Positions 49,955 through 60,585 of a DNA stretch of 64,000 bases are shown here, one piece after another (position 1 is the first letter of the stretch; every line of letters starts with the position of its first letter). Both the position numbers and the translations under genes were made by a program. The stretch covers positions 96,001 to 160,000 of the forward strand of contig JAWAJB010000001.1 in assembly GCA_038888155.1 (NCBI GenBank), read 5' to 3'. The stretch is from Desulfurococcaceae archaeon (GTDB lineage: Archaea > Thermoproteota > Thermoprotei_A > Sulfolobales > Desulfurococcaceae). The notes below the pieces were generated by a model, which saw only the letters and a list, made by a program, of their open reading frames with translations, ran no database searches and was not told the DNA's origin.

Positions 49955-51277
49955 ATGCTTGGAACTAAGGTCTTAAACTTAGCGCTATTCTTCTTTGTTG
50001 TCTCAGCCACCTTAATACCGCCTTTGCTGCCAAATGAGAGCTCAGTAAATAGAGTAGTATCCAGTGAGGCAAGCGCATATGAATGTAGCGTGCTCTACTT
50101 CTTTAATGGTATAGCTATATTTAATTCTGCCCTCACTCAAGAACTAATGCTCGAGACTCCATATAATATAACACTGAGGGACGGCTTTGAGCAAGTAGTT
50201 GAGCACATTTTATCCTATAACTTAGTATTTAATGACACGGCTAGGGCGTTTACGTTCAGAGCTGAGGCAAATAAGAGCTTTGAGGGCTTCTTTATAAGCA
50301 AAGTAAAGATTTGCTCTAGAGAAATGAACAGTACCCTTAGCATGCTTTTGCTTGCATACCAATACCCAATATATCAGTTATCCCCTAGGGGAGAAATACC
50401 CGCAGAAGTAATAGAAAACTACCTGAGAGAGCCCAGCAAGAAAGTTATTGAAAGCTTAATTCCGGCCTATGAAAAATGGTTTAAGAGCAAATACAACATG
50501 CAACCAAAAAACGCCAGTCAGCTTGGAATAGCTTCTACAGCTTCATACTTTATTTACAGAGTGTACCTAGACTACGCTGCTGAAGCTCTACCTAGGACAA
50601 TTGATGAAGTAATTGATACGCGTCGCGGAGACTGTGATGATATGTCCCGGGTGTTAGTAGAGCTACTTAGCTACTTTGGAATACCATCAGTTATAGTATG
50701 GGGTTATGTTTACATACATAGCTTCAACTACACTAGTCCTGTTGAGAACGTAACATATAAGTTCATAAATAATGGGCCTCACGCATTTGTAATGGCATAC
50801 ATAGCAGGCATGGGGTGGGTTTCCCTTGACTGGCTTGCCGGATCGCTCCTAACATATCCATTTATAGTCGAAGACTACAGTAGAGAAACAGCTGTTGTAA
50901 ACGAAGCAATTGTAGAATTCGTTGAACTGCACAAGGAAATCAATGCAACACAAATATTTGTAGTACTTGATGAAGGGGGCTTGCAGAAATACATAGGTAG
51001 TCCAATAACAACTGAAGGGCTACAAAGCTACTTTGAACATCTGTTATATGGGAGAGATAAAGAGCTTTACACGAGTGCCCCTGAAAACTTAACTAACGAT
51101 GATACTAGCAATGGACCAGGCCACTATAACACGACAACGACAAGTAATCTAACCCACCAATTCAATGATGTAATCAAACTAATAGAGCGTTGGTATATTG
51201 AAATTATACTGATTGCTTTAGTGATCATACTCGTAAGCATAATTATCCTAGCTTTAATGGCGCGAGCCATTAAATAA
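49955..51277 (+). CDS. Membrane-anchored transglutaminase-like (Cys-His-Asp) protein
   Basis: Signal peptide, GDCDD, GPHAF, WVSLD, a Thr/Asn-rich linker and a C-terminal TM helix. Confidence 0.82.
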   Translation: MLGTKVLNLALFFFVVSATLIPPLLPNESSVNRVVSSEASAYECSVLYFFNGIAIFNSALTQELMLETPYNITLRDGFEQVVEHILSYNLVFNDTARAFTFRAEANKSFEGFFISKVKICSREMNSTLSMLLLAYQYPIYQLSPRGEIPAEVIENYLREPSKKVIESLIPAYEKWFKSKYNMQPKNASQLGIASTASYFIYRVYLDYAAEALPRTIDEVIDTRRGDCDDMSRVLVELLSYFGIPSVIVWGYVYIHSFNYTSPVENVTYKFINNGPHAFVMAYIAGMGWVSLDWLAGSLLTYPFIVEDYSRETAVVNEAIVEFVELHKEINATQIFVVLDEGGLQKYIGSPITTEGLQSYFEHLLYGRDKELYTSAPENLTNDDTSNGPGHYNTTTTSNLTHQFNDVIKLIERWYIEIILIALVIILVSIIILALMARAIK

Positions 51278-51284
51278 AGGCGAG

Positions 51285-52448
51285 CTACCCCTTAGCTTTA
51301 GGTTTCTTTTCTTTTGCACCGGCGACTTCTATTTCGTAGCATTTAACTCCTACATCGAGTATTTTTTTGAAGAAGTGATCAAGATATCTTATAAAAGTGC
51401 CTCTTTGACCTATAAAGGCACCATAGGAATTTCTATCTACCCTTACAGCTAAGTTCGGGCCTTCAAAGTCTACCTCTACAATGTGCTTATATATCCAGCT
51501 CACTGGATGAATTGCCCGTATGAATGGCTTAAAATCGAGCGTAACTTCTATGGACCTTAACTTCAAGCCTACTTCTTTTTCTATCGATGTAATTCTCTCC
51601 CCTCCTTTTCCAACAACTCTGCCCAAATGGCCCTCTTTTACAATTAGCAAGGCATCGGGGGAGTGCTCGCTATGTACATTGTTTTGCTTCTTTAAATCAA
51701 CTAAGCTGACCGCAGTAATAACCTCGGCATCCGGAGCGTGGATTTTGGTTGATGAAATGACTGACTTCTCAGTATCATCGAGGGTTCTGCTTCTCAACTT
51801 TGACTCTAACAATAGCTTAATTCCTCTCCTTGCACCGGGTCTCACTATGTCCTTCAAGCCTAAGTCAATGACTTTTGCGTTTTCCTCCCCTAATAGCAGT
51901 TCCCTCAACATGGAGACCGAGTCCTTACTGCCTATAGGGCGTTGAAATATAGGGTCGCCTGCAACGATTAGCCTACTGTTCACGCCCAACCTCGCTATTA
52001 CCTCTATCGCGCTTTCAACGGGCAAGCTCTGTGCATCATCAACAAGGATGATTGAGTCGTCAAAGGTTCGTCCCTTAATGTAACGCGAATCCGCGAAAAC
52101 CAATAGGCCCCTATTGATTAAGTCTCTTAGCTTATCCAAACTCATGTAGCCAGATACTATATCCTCTAAATAAGATGATACTACTTTATAGTAAACATCT
52201 CCAATATCAGCTACTGTTAACTCTTTGCCTGATACAACATCTATAAGTGGTCTAGTTATGATAAATCTCTTATACTTGCCTGAAATTACTGAATCCAGCC
52301 CGTACAATATGCTTATTAGGCTTTTACCGCACCCAGTTGGTCCAAATAACCCTATTACTTCATATTTCCTATTTGCTAATGCCTTCAATAATTCCTCCTG
52401 ACCTGCTGACTGCGGCTTCAATTTTGCGAACACTTCCCCGCTGTGCAA
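51285..52448 (-). CDS. PhoH-family ATPase with C-terminal KH-like domains
   Basis: GPTGCGKS, ITRP, KGRTF, DDAQ and AGD..Q motifs, plus GRVVGKGG and AFIGQRG (GxxG) loops. Confidence 0.88.
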   Translation of the reverse strand: MHSGEVFAKLKPQSAGQEELLKALANRKYEVIGLFGPTGCGKSLISILYGLDSVISGKYKRFIITRPLIDVVSGKELTVADIGDVYYKVVSSYLEDIVSGYMSLDKLRDLINRGLLVFADSRYIKGRTFDDSIILVDDAQSLPVESAIEVIARLGVNSRLIVAGDPIFQRPIGSKDSVSMLRELLLGEENAKVIDLGLKDIVRPGARRGIKLLLESKLRSRTLDDTEKSVISSTKIHAPDAEVITAVSLVDLKKQNNVHSEHSPDALLIVKEGHLGRVVGKGGERITSIEKEVGLKLRSIEVTLDFKPFIRAIHPVSWIYKHIVEVDFEGPNLAVRVDRNSYGAFIGQRGTFIRYLDHFFKKILDVGVKCYEIEVAGAKEKKPKAKG

Positions 52449-52721
52449 ATTAATATCGCCTCAGGCTTCAGTGCTCATTTCCTGGATCTTTAATCTACAG
52501 TTGTAATTTTAAATACTTACAAGTTCCTGAAGTTTGAGGGATAAGATCTCAAAAGTGAATTGCAGAAGAATTTCAAAAAGCTCTTCGCGAAATCAAAAGC
52601 GCACACGGCCGATCCCCGCCAATAAAGTTAATAAACACTATTAAGAAACACCTCACGAGTTTTCTTGTAAAGGTATTATTACCCGTAGTTGGGAAACAAA
52701 CGAATTGAGCCATGGCTCTTG

Positions 52722-53465
52722 CTAGGCAGTTTCAAAGGGTGCAAGTAGATAAACTACTCTCCCTATTCCAACCGAGAACTCTGCCTTTAGCGGCATTTTG
52801 TTAGCGAACTGAAGAGATACCATGTCCGATACTTTAGAGATACCAAGTATGTTTACAATCTTAGCCGTGTCGTAAATTGAACTAGCTGGCTCGAGAACCT
52901 CTAAGTTAATAAGTGCCTGAGAGCCTGTAGAGAACTTCGTTTCAACTCTACCTGTACCTGATGATCTTATAATTAGGGCGTCTTGAGTCGCGCTAATTTC
53001 TGTGTTGCCGCCTATAGCTTCAATGTCCTCAATTGCTTTTTTTAGCGATTGAGTCATTATTTTCGCCGTCACGGTGAAGTTCAAGCTTAGCTCGGGAATT
53101 TCCGGCAAAGGTACGTCCAGGTTCCTGAATTTGTATTTCCTACTCAAAATGCCGCCAGAGCCTATATTAAACTTGACATAGTCGCCTTCAGGCTCAATAG
53201 CTAAATTTTCTCCTTTCTTTATGTGCTTGAATATTCTCCCTATATTGTTTACTGAAATACCAATATTGTAAACATCAGAGACATCGTACTCGAGAAACAT
53301 ATCTTTGGGGAAGAACACGTCTATCATCGACGACTGATCGACGTCAAGAGCTTTTATGCTTAAGCCCTCTTGGGAGAGCCTTATTGACAGCTCCTCGGCT
53401 ATTTTACCAACAGCTTCAATGACGTCCCTGAATAATTTCGCCTCTGGTAAGACAACTCGCGTCAA
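52722..53465 (-). CDS. pcn: DNA polymerase sliding clamp PCNA
   Basis: 247 aa with KALD....MID, F.EY, MPLKAEF and YLLAP patterns. Confidence 0.92.
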   Translation of the reverse strand: MTRVVLPEAKLFRDVIEAVGKIAEELSIRLSQEGLSIKALDVDQSSMIDVFFPKDMFLEYDVSDVYNIGISVNNIGRIFKHIKKGENLAIEPEGDYVKFNIGSGGILSRKYKFRNLDVPLPEIPELSLNFTVTAKIMTQSLKKAIEDIEAIGGNTEISATQDALIIRSSGTGRVETKFSTGSQALINLEVLEPASSIYDTAKIVNILGISKVSDMVSLQFANKMPLKAEFSVGIGRVVYLLAPFETA

Positions 53466-53528
53466 AATATCACCAACTTTTAAAATCTAACTCCTAGACT
53501 TAAAACCTCTCTCATCACAATTGACTTG

Positions 53529-54200
53529 CTAATTGGTGTTAATTGGAATTGGGGTTACGCCAAAGAAGTCCATAATATCGTATTTCTCGCGGATAAACTG
53601 GGGCAACTCCTTGATTGATACTATCAAGACTCCTTTATGAAGTCTTAAACTGGGAGTTAGGAGGGTTACTATTAGTGGTATAATATTCCTTGTTTTTTCA
53701 AGTACCCTGTACCTCGATGTTGCATAGAGAAAATACTTGGCAAATTTATGGATTCTCTCCTGGTGCTTTGTTGCAGCATCTGCTAGTTTTGCTCCACTGG
53801 AGACAGACCAGTGCTTGCAGTCAACCGCTAAGCTAAAACCAGTTGCTGTATCTATTCCCAAGATATCTATTTCAAATCTAACTGGGCGTGTTATCTTTAC
53901 CCCATGAACTACTTCGAAATTGAATTCGCTGAGAACGTAAGATGATATTACTTCGAAATCCTTCCAGCTGAGGTACTCGCTTATTTGTTCAATCCTTAAG
54001 CCTCGACTTAGTAATTTTAATGCAATAGAAATGGGATCAGTTGCTATAATTTCCTCGCCGTTGATCATAACCGAGTCAGAGTTGCTGCTGAGAATATTCA
54101 GTAAAAATTGATCAGAGTATCCAGTTAGACCTACGAGCTCCCCCAGCATTATTTTTCTATATTTTAAAATCATTAAGAGCACTTTTTCATCAGATTTCAT
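53529..54200 (-). CDS. PD-(D/E)xK restriction endonuclease-like (Mrr-cat type) protein
   Basis: SWKDFE, EIDILG and VDCKHW motifs; small HTH-like N-terminus. Confidence 0.75.
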   Translation of the reverse strand: MKSDEKVLLMILKYRKIMLGELVGLTGYSDQFLLNILSSNSDSVMINGEEIIATDPISIALKLLSRGLRIEQISEYLSWKDFEVISSYVLSEFNFEVVHGVKITRPVRFEIDILGIDTATGFSLAVDCKHWSVSSGAKLADAATKHQERIHKFAKYFLYATSRYRVLEKTRNIIPLIVTLLTPSLRLHKGVLIVSIKELPQFIREKYDIMDFFGVTPIPINTN

Positions 54201-54292
54201 GTCGGCTTTTACCTAACCATTTTACTTACCTGTTCCTATAACAGAATATTCATTTATTACTCTTACAAATATTTGCTTGAGTGGTGTAACCC

Positions 54293-55270
54293 GTGGGTAG
54301 CGAACTTTTTGAAGCAACTAGGAACCAAGTGTTGCAAGAAGAAGTGCTTGACTTCACAATTGGGGACGACATGTCTCTGTGCGAGCTTATAGAGAGCTAT
54401 GGTAAGTCGCACGGATTTATGGCCAGCCACATATACAAAGCAAGCAAAATACTTTCAAATATGATTAGAGATCAAGACGCTACACGCATACTGTCGTTTA
54501 CAGGCAATATTGTGTCGACGGGCTTGAGGGGTGTTATTGCACAGCTCATCCGCGAAGGAATATTTCACGCAGTCATTACAACTTGTGGAACAATTGACCA
54601 CGACATAGCTAGAGGGTCGGGATACAAGTATTATAGGGGAGATTGGACCTACGATGATACGATGTTGCACGCTATTGGTATACACAGACTTGGAAACATC
54701 CTAATCCCGACAGAGAACTACGGTTTGGCCGTTGAGAAATTTGCACGAGGTCTACTAGAAGATCTCGCCAAAGTGAAGAAAAAGTGGAGCGCTTGGGAAG
54801 TGTTATACGAGGCTGGTAGAAGAATAAAGGATAACAACAGCATTTTAAGTGCTTCTTACGAGCGCAAAGTACCTGTATTTGTGCCCGGGATATACGATGG
54901 CGCTTTTGGTTCGCAGATCGTATTTAATTTCCACTCATATGGCGTAGATATAGATCTGCTCTCCGATGAAAGGAAGATCATGGAACTAGTCGTTTCTTCG
55001 AAAAAACTGGGTGCGCTAATTATAGGCGGGGGTATTAGCAAGCACCATACTATTTGGTGGGCCCAGCTTAAGGGAGGCCTTGATTACGCAATATATATTA
55101 CAACTGCAGTGGAGTACGATGGGAGTCTTAGCGGGGCCCACCCGAGGGAGGCAATTACTTGGGGCAAAGTAAAGCCGGATAGCAAGCACATTTTAGTTCA
55201 TGGAGATGCTACTGTTGTACTGCCTCTTGTTGTTGCTGGTTCAAAGTGCATGTTAAGGATGACAAGTTAA
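54293..55270 (+). CDS. dys: Deoxyhypusine synthase
   Basis: FTGNIVSTGLRG, HD, RLGN, GGGISKHH and DGSLSGA..EAITWGK motifs. Confidence 0.95.
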   Translation: MGSELFEATRNQVLQEEVLDFTIGDDMSLCELIESYGKSHGFMASHIYKASKILSNMIRDQDATRILSFTGNIVSTGLRGVIAQLIREGIFHAVITTCGTIDHDIARGSGYKYYRGDWTYDDTMLHAIGIHRLGNILIPTENYGLAVEKFARGLLEDLAKVKKKWSAWEVLYEAGRRIKDNNSILSASYERKVPVFVPGIYDGAFGSQIVFNFHSYGVDIDLLSDERKIMELVVSSKKLGALIIGGGISKHHTIWWAQLKGGLDYAIYITTAVEYDGSLSGAHPREAITWGKVKPDSKHILVHGDATVVLPLVVAGSKCMLRMTS

Positions 55271-56613
55271 TGGAAGTTCACATTGGATTAGATGATATTG
55301 ATTCAATAAAGGGAGGTTGTACCACTCATTTCGCAGTGAAGATAGCTTGGGAGCTATATAGGAAAGGCGCAAATTTCCTCGATTATCTCAATATAATAAG
55401 GCTGAACCCAGCTGTGCCTTGGAAAACTCGCGGAAACGGCGCTGTAGCAGTAAGGCTTCAAGCTAGATCTCCAGAAGAAGTAAAAGACTTGTGGGAGTTC
55501 TTAGTATGCGAGCTAGAAGATTATATTAGTGAATTGCAGGACCAGAAGCATCAACCGAGCATTGTACTATACGAGGGCACCGTCCCACCAGAGTTCGCCT
55601 CGATTGCAAGAAAAGCGCTCTGTGACTTAGTTCCAATAGAGCTTGTATTAAGAGTCTTGGAGAACTACACGAACGCTAGAATATATGCTCCCCGTGGAAA
55701 GAGGGGCGTTATAGGAGCTGTCGCTGCGATAGGGTACACAATGAAGAACTCCGACTACACATACGAGCTAATAGCGTACAGGAAAAGAGAGTACTGGGGA
55801 GAACCTCGCCTTGTTGATGAAAGTAGCGTTCGAGAAATAGATAAAGAATACGGCAAATACACTTTTCTAAACTACGACTACAGCAAGGACAGGGTTCTAA
55901 TTACCCCGAGGGGGCCAGATCCGATATTATATGGTTTGAGGGGGGAAGACCCTTCAATTTTACTTAGCGCATCTAAAAAGCTAAGGGTGTATGAACCAAT
56001 TGAGTACATTGCGATTTTTAGAACAAATCAACATACAGATAGCCACATTTGTGGCGTAAGTAGCATTTGCGATATAAGGCCATATATGTGTGTCTCGGTT
56101 AGAGGCGTAGTCAAATCTAAGCCGAGAAGAGGGGTTGGTGGCCACTTGTTCTTCAACATATGCGACGACAAGTGTTGCATAGCTGTCGCTGTTTATGAGC
56201 CCACAAAGGGGTTTAGAAACACAGTAGAGCAACTTGAGGTCGACGACGAGGTAGAGGCACTCGGTTGCATTAGGCCCCCAGGACCTACCCATGGGCTAAC
56301 TCTCAACCTCGAGAAAATCAAGGTAGTTAAACTTGTCCCGAAAGTTATATATGAGAATCCTAGGTGCCCTAAATGTAGCGCAAGAATGGAAAGCGCGGGG
56401 AAGGGGAAGGGATTTAGGTGCCCTAAATGCGGATTCCGAGATCGCTCCATTTCAAAGATACCTATTAATATTGAGAGGCAGTTGAAGCCAGGCTGGTATC
56501 AACCGCCGCCAAGCGCCTTTAAGCACTTAATGAAACCTATTGCTAGGTTTGGACGAGAGAGAATTTCTTTTAGTGAAGCCGTCATAGGTGCATTCATATT
56601 TAAGTACGAGTAA
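55270..56613 (+). CDS. tiaS: tRNA(Ile2) 2-agmatinylcytidine synthetase
   Basis: IGLDDIDS..GCTT, RLNPAVPWKTRGNGA, P.GPDPILYGLRG, TNQHTD, an OB fold, a zinc ribbon (CPKC..CPKC) and HLMKP. TAATG overlap with dys. Confidence 0.95.
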   Translation: MEVHIGLDDIDSIKGGCTTHFAVKIAWELYRKGANFLDYLNIIRLNPAVPWKTRGNGAVAVRLQARSPEEVKDLWEFLVCELEDYISELQDQKHQPSIVLYEGTVPPEFASIARKALCDLVPIELVLRVLENYTNARIYAPRGKRGVIGAVAAIGYTMKNSDYTYELIAYRKREYWGEPRLVDESSVREIDKEYGKYTFLNYDYSKDRVLITPRGPDPILYGLRGEDPSILLSASKKLRVYEPIEYIAIFRTNQHTDSHICGVSSICDIRPYMCVSVRGVVKSKPRRGVGGHLFFNICDDKCCIAVAVYEPTKGFRNTVEQLEVDDEVEALGCIRPPGPTHGLTLNLEKIKVVKLVPKVIYENPRCPKCSARMESAGKGKGFRCPKCGFRDRSISKIPINIERQLKPGWYQPPPSAFKHLMKPIARFGRERISFSEAVIGAFIFKYE

Positions 56614-56638
56614 GTTATTCGCGAGCCCCTTGTTTTAA

Positions 56639-56670
56639 TTCGCTCGGGACCCGTTGAATTTCAGAGCGAA
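56639..56670. terminator. Hairpin between convergent tiaS and dppA
   Basis: 7-bp inverted repeat TTCGCTC/GAGCGAA. Confidence 0.3.
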
Positions 56671-56795
56671 GATTTACTATTAGCACAAGGTTCTTAGAAG
56701 CTATGAGTCCAACTTACTTTGCTGGTTGCCTATCAAGTTAAGGCATAAATGTTGAGCAAAATATGAAAAACATAACTTTATTGTAAAGAGCACGG

Positions 56796-57653
56796 CTATT
56801 TTAGGTTGGCCTTTAAGCTTTCGATTGCATTGCAAGCCATTGATGCAATTTCTATAGTATTAAGCATTTTTCTAGCAGAGCTAGCAATAAACCTCACAGT
56901 ATATGCATCCAATCTCTCCATAATATCCCACTCCTCCAGCAAGTCTGCAACTACTGAATCGCGGAACACTAGCTCGACTTTGTAGGGCTTGCTGAGCTCT
57001 ACAGTTCTCACAGCACCATCTCTAACTTTGCTGGATGCCTCTTTTACTCCCGCCCTTACGCTCTTCTCAATATATTCAAGGCTGGGGTAGAGAGCCGAGT
57101 ACCTTGAAACGCCCTTCTTTAGCGGTACAAAAACTACCCACGGCGCATGAAGCTCTACATCTTTCCTTAAGTGCTCATCACCAGCTAGGAAAGCTACAGG
57201 TACTCCTATCTCTCCAGCATATAATGAGTTTAGAAGAAATTCACTAGCTCTCACACCGTTAACTCGTATCTCTGCAAATGCCCGCCCATTCAACGTGTGC
57301 TCAAGGATTCCGTGAGGCGTTCCAGCTGCAGCGTGGTACCCAAGGAATAACACTGCTGTAAAACTTTTATCAATTGATGAAACCATGCTAAACGGTCTGG
57401 GATACCCCTGTAGAACGTGAACTCTGCTATCTAGCTCTAGGTACTCAAGGTTTGTCATTAGACCGTGACTGTCTGACACAAAGACTTCGTTAAATCCGTT
57501 GTTATATAATTCATCTACAGCTACGTTAGTTACCTTAGTCATTATTTTGGATGCTCTAGCGAATTGGCTACCCCAAGGACTTGTCATTGTTCCTGAGACT
57601 ACGCCAGGCATTCCCTCAATGTCAACCGATATATATGCTTTCATACACATCAC
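56796..57653 (-). CDS. dppA: D-aminopeptidase DppA (M55)
   Basis: YISVDIEG, DSHG, GYHA, HT, E..LN and GD motifs. Confidence 0.92.
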   Translation of the reverse strand: MMCMKAYISVDIEGMPGVVSGTMTSPWGSQFARASKIMTKVTNVAVDELYNNGFNEVFVSDSHGLMTNLEYLELDSRVHVLQGYPRPFSMVSSIDKSFTAVLFLGYHAAAGTPHGILEHTLNGRAFAEIRVNGVRASEFLLNSLYAGEIGVPVAFLAGDEHLRKDVELHAPWVVFVPLKKGVSRYSALYPSLEYIEKSVRAGVKEASSKVRDGAVRTVELSKPYKVELVFRDSVVADLLEEWDIMERLDAYTVRFIASSARKMLNTIEIASMACNAIESLKANLK

Positions 57654-57788
57654 CCTGTTAGATTACCACTTAGTTAAATAAAATAGATGACTTGTGAACT
57701 ATATTAGCTAATTCATGACAAAGTAACCATGAGCGCCGTATTTATGGGAAACTTTTGTTAATCTAAATATTGAATTATTGTTGAAGAT

Positions 57789-58532
57789 GTGAGTGTTGTG
57801 GTCGCTATAAACACGCGCGTAAGTACAGAACTGGAGCAGAGTAAGGAGGTAGCAGCTAGGGAAGCTTGTAAGATATTTAGCTCATTTGCAGATGAAGTTA
57901 GAGTGTTGGGCTTAGGTACAGGTACAAGCGTTAAGAAGTTCATAGATGTGTGTTTGGAGTTTCTCAAACTAAAAGAAATAGTTGCTTCTTCTCTTGATAC
58001 GGTATTGTACTTAACCAGGTATAACGTGAAAGCCATAGATTTGCTGTCCGTTGGTGGAGTGGATACCTACATAGATGGTGCTGATGAAGTTAGCGAGAGA
58101 CTCGATTTAATTAAAGGCCGCGGTGCAGCTCTACTTCGAGAGAAAACGCTAGCCTATATGTCCAATAAAAGAATATACATTGTAGATTACACAAAGTACA
58201 ATGGAGTTGATTACTTATACACTAAACACGTCCCAATAGAGGTTATACCCCCAGCCCTCAACTACGTTTTAAAGATCATCAGAGGGGCGGGGCTATTTGA
58301 GCCGTTGGTAAGATCTGGAGGAGGCAAAGACGGCCCCATTATAACGGATAACTTTAACTTTGTCGTTGATCTCAAACCGCTTAAGCCTATAACTAACGCA
58401 GCTGAAGCTCACCGCGCCCTAAAATCCATTCATGGAGTTGTGGAGACTGGTATTTTTCCATCAGAAGACCTAGTGGATCTTGTGATCATAGGATACCCCG
58501 ATAGGGCTGTGGTAATGCAGAGAAAGAGTTGA
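57789..58532 (+). CDS. rpiA: Ribose-5-phosphate isomerase A
   Basis: GLGTGTS, IDGADEV, IKGRGAALLREK, GPIITDN and GVVETG motifs. Confidence 0.95.
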   Translation: MSVVVAINTRVSTELEQSKEVAAREACKIFSSFADEVRVLGLGTGTSVKKFIDVCLEFLKLKEIVASSLDTVLYLTRYNVKAIDLLSVGGVDTYIDGADEVSERLDLIKGRGAALLREKTLAYMSNKRIYIVDYTKYNGVDYLYTKHVPIEVIPPALNYVLKIIRGAGLFEPLVRSGGGKDGPIITDNFNFVVDLKPLKPITNAAEAHRALKSIHGVVETGIFPSEDLVDLVIIGYPDRAVVMQRKS

Positions 58533-58593
58533 CGAAATGCTTTACTTTGACTGCAGCAATTTGGAGAGATTTAATAACTTACCGTGATGTAAT

Positions 58594-59031
58594 TTGAAGA
58601 GAATTACTCATGCGATTTTCGCTGTTGCTTTCCTGTCAACTACTAATTTGTGGAGAACAGGTTATGTATCCTTATATGCGTTCATAGCAATCCTTGGATC
58701 AATGGTACCGGATTTTGATTTAAAGTTGGAGCATAGAAAACTACTTCACAATATATTCATTCCTCTGCTAATATCAATAGCGATTTATTATATTCCTTTT
58801 CCTTTTACATATCCTAAGTTCCAATGCGTGGCGTCTTTACTCATTGGCTGGCTAAGCCACATTATACTAGACTTAATAACGATTAGGGGGGTGTACCTAA
58901 TCTACCCCCTAATCGACAAAAGTTTCAGCCTAAAGCTGTGCAGGAGCGATAGCGCTCTGTGGAACACTCTAATATCGGTGGCATCCCTTCTCGTTATAGC
59001 CTCTGGGATAAGATCGCTTGTTTACCCTTAA
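58594..59031 (+). CDS. Membrane-bound metal-dependent hydrolase (YdjM-like)
   Basis: TH, PDFD, HRKLLH and SHIILD..T..G motifs. Confidence 0.85.
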   Translation: MKRITHAIFAVAFLSTTNLWRTGYVSLYAFIAILGSMVPDFDLKLEHRKLLHNIFIPLLISIAIYYIPFPFTYPKFQCVASLLIGWLSHIILDLITIRGVYLIYPLIDKSFSLKLCRSDSALWNTLISVASLLVIASGIRSLVYP

Positions 59032-60503
59032 GGCTTTTTGAGAAAGGCTCTATATGCTAAGAAGCCTAGTAGGATACAAATTGCGACGTTAATCAGCAAG
59101 CCACCAGTTATGTACATGTATGATGTTCTCATCGTGTCCTCTGCGGCTTTCCGCACCAGCTCAACGTCCATCAACTTCACCTGAAGTATATCCCTTTCGC
59201 TTTCGCACTTTGATAGCCTGCTCTCTACATTATTCAGTGTTGTATTTAGTTGAGCAACTGTGGCGCGAAGATCGTTAACGTCTTTCTCCAAGTCTTTAAC
59301 TCTGCTAGCTAATTCTAGCCCTCCAATATTTCTTAGCGGTAATGCCGAGCTGAATGAGAAAAGTACCCCGATTGCCTGGGAGACAGAGACCTCGCTTGCA
59401 ACTCCGCTACTGGAAAGGCATGTAGATGCATAAACTATTGAGGGTGCCTCTTCGTTGACATCTAAAAACAGCGCTAGGTAATTAGGCTTCTTGAGCGCTG
59501 TGTACTTGGTTAAAGTAGATAAAATCATATCATAAAGTCTTTCCTGAAAGCCGCGCATATGCTCTTCTCCTAAGATGAGCTTTACTAATGAAAGGTTGGG
59601 GACGTACATTATGTAAACTCTGTTATCAGTGTCTACAAGTGCACGGCTCAATATAACTTGAATTGAATCAATTGATTGGTTTAACCACCACAACTTAACC
59701 TCATCGGGAAGACTCCGAGCTAAGTCAATGTTGTTGAGCAATAGATGCCAGTGAGTTGTAATACCCTCAAGCTCTCCTATTCCGCGAGATGTAGAGCCAG
59801 AGCTTCTAATAGCCCCCGGGAAAAACAGCTTAACGCTTTTACCTGAAACATCGAAAGCGTAGAACGATATGTAATAAATGCCGCTCCTTTGATCTATTTT
59901 AGTGGCATTGAGCCTCAGAGGGCCGAGTGCCCTGCTCAATGATACATTGTGCGTTACAAGTGTAAGATTATAGGATGAAAGGACAACGTAAAGCTCGTCG
60001 CCCGAGGAAATTATCCCTATATCCGTGTTTAACTCATCCCAGAATACCGAGCTATTAGTTTCAATTTCAAAAACTTTTGGGGGAATGAGGGCATAGGCGG
60101 CGTTGATTGTCGGGTTTATGGCGGCGCTGTGAGCGCTGGGGTCAACAATAGGAATATCGATTAGTGTGCTATTGCTCCAAATAGCTGAAATTCTCGTTTG
60201 GTTAACTTCACTAATATTGATGTCGTGTAATGAAAAATCTGAGAGAGTTGGCCTGCTACCAGTTATTAGCCAATATAGGTAAAAATCTGCAGAAGCATTT
60301 GCCTCTCTGTAGAGTGGAGTTGTGTACGCACTTAAGCCGCTAGCAACTGCCTTCTCAGCTAATAACTGCGGATTTCCCCAAGGTATATAGAAAATGAATA
60401 GGTACTCATAATTACACTGGGCTGAGGTAATTGCAGCATTTAAGCTAATGACTATAAGCAAAAACATGAAAGCGCTGAAGATCTTCCCCATGTTTATATC
60501 CAC
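59028..60503 (-). CDS. Secreted/surface protein with coiled-coil stalk and C-terminal TM anchor
   Basis: Signal peptide, many N-x-S/T sequons, heptads (LASRVKDLEKDVNDL...VESRL) and a terminal TM helix with a basic tail. Confidence 0.75.
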   Translation of the reverse strand: MDINMGKIFSAFMFLLIVISLNAAITSAQCNYEYLFIFYIPWGNPQLLAEKAVASGLSAYTTPLYREANASADFYLYWLITGSRPTLSDFSLHDINISEVNQTRISAIWSNSTLIDIPIVDPSAHSAAINPTINAAYALIPPKVFEIETNSSVFWDELNTDIGIISSGDELYVVLSSYNLTLVTHNVSLSRALGPLRLNATKIDQRSGIYYISFYAFDVSGKSVKLFFPGAIRSSGSTSRGIGELEGITTHWHLLLNNIDLARSLPDEVKLWWLNQSIDSIQVILSRALVDTDNRVYIMYVPNLSLVKLILGEEHMRGFQERLYDMILSTLTKYTALKKPNYLALFLDVNEEAPSIVYASTCLSSSGVASEVSVSQAIGVLFSFSSALPLRNIGGLELASRVKDLEKDVNDLRATVAQLNTTLNNVESRLSKCESERDILQVKLMDVELVRKAAEDTMRTSYMYITGGLLINVAICILLGFLAYRAFLKKP

Positions 60504-60585
60504 CTAGAGCTAGTTATTCTAAAGAGGTTATAATATAAAAGGAGTAGTAATATACGAAATTTGAGGCTCTAGAAGGAGGCATACC

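Noticed and set aside
53470-53520. Minus-strand GTGATGA upstream of PCNA
   Set aside because: No D'/C'/D boxes at the right spacing; the region is the PCNA promoter.
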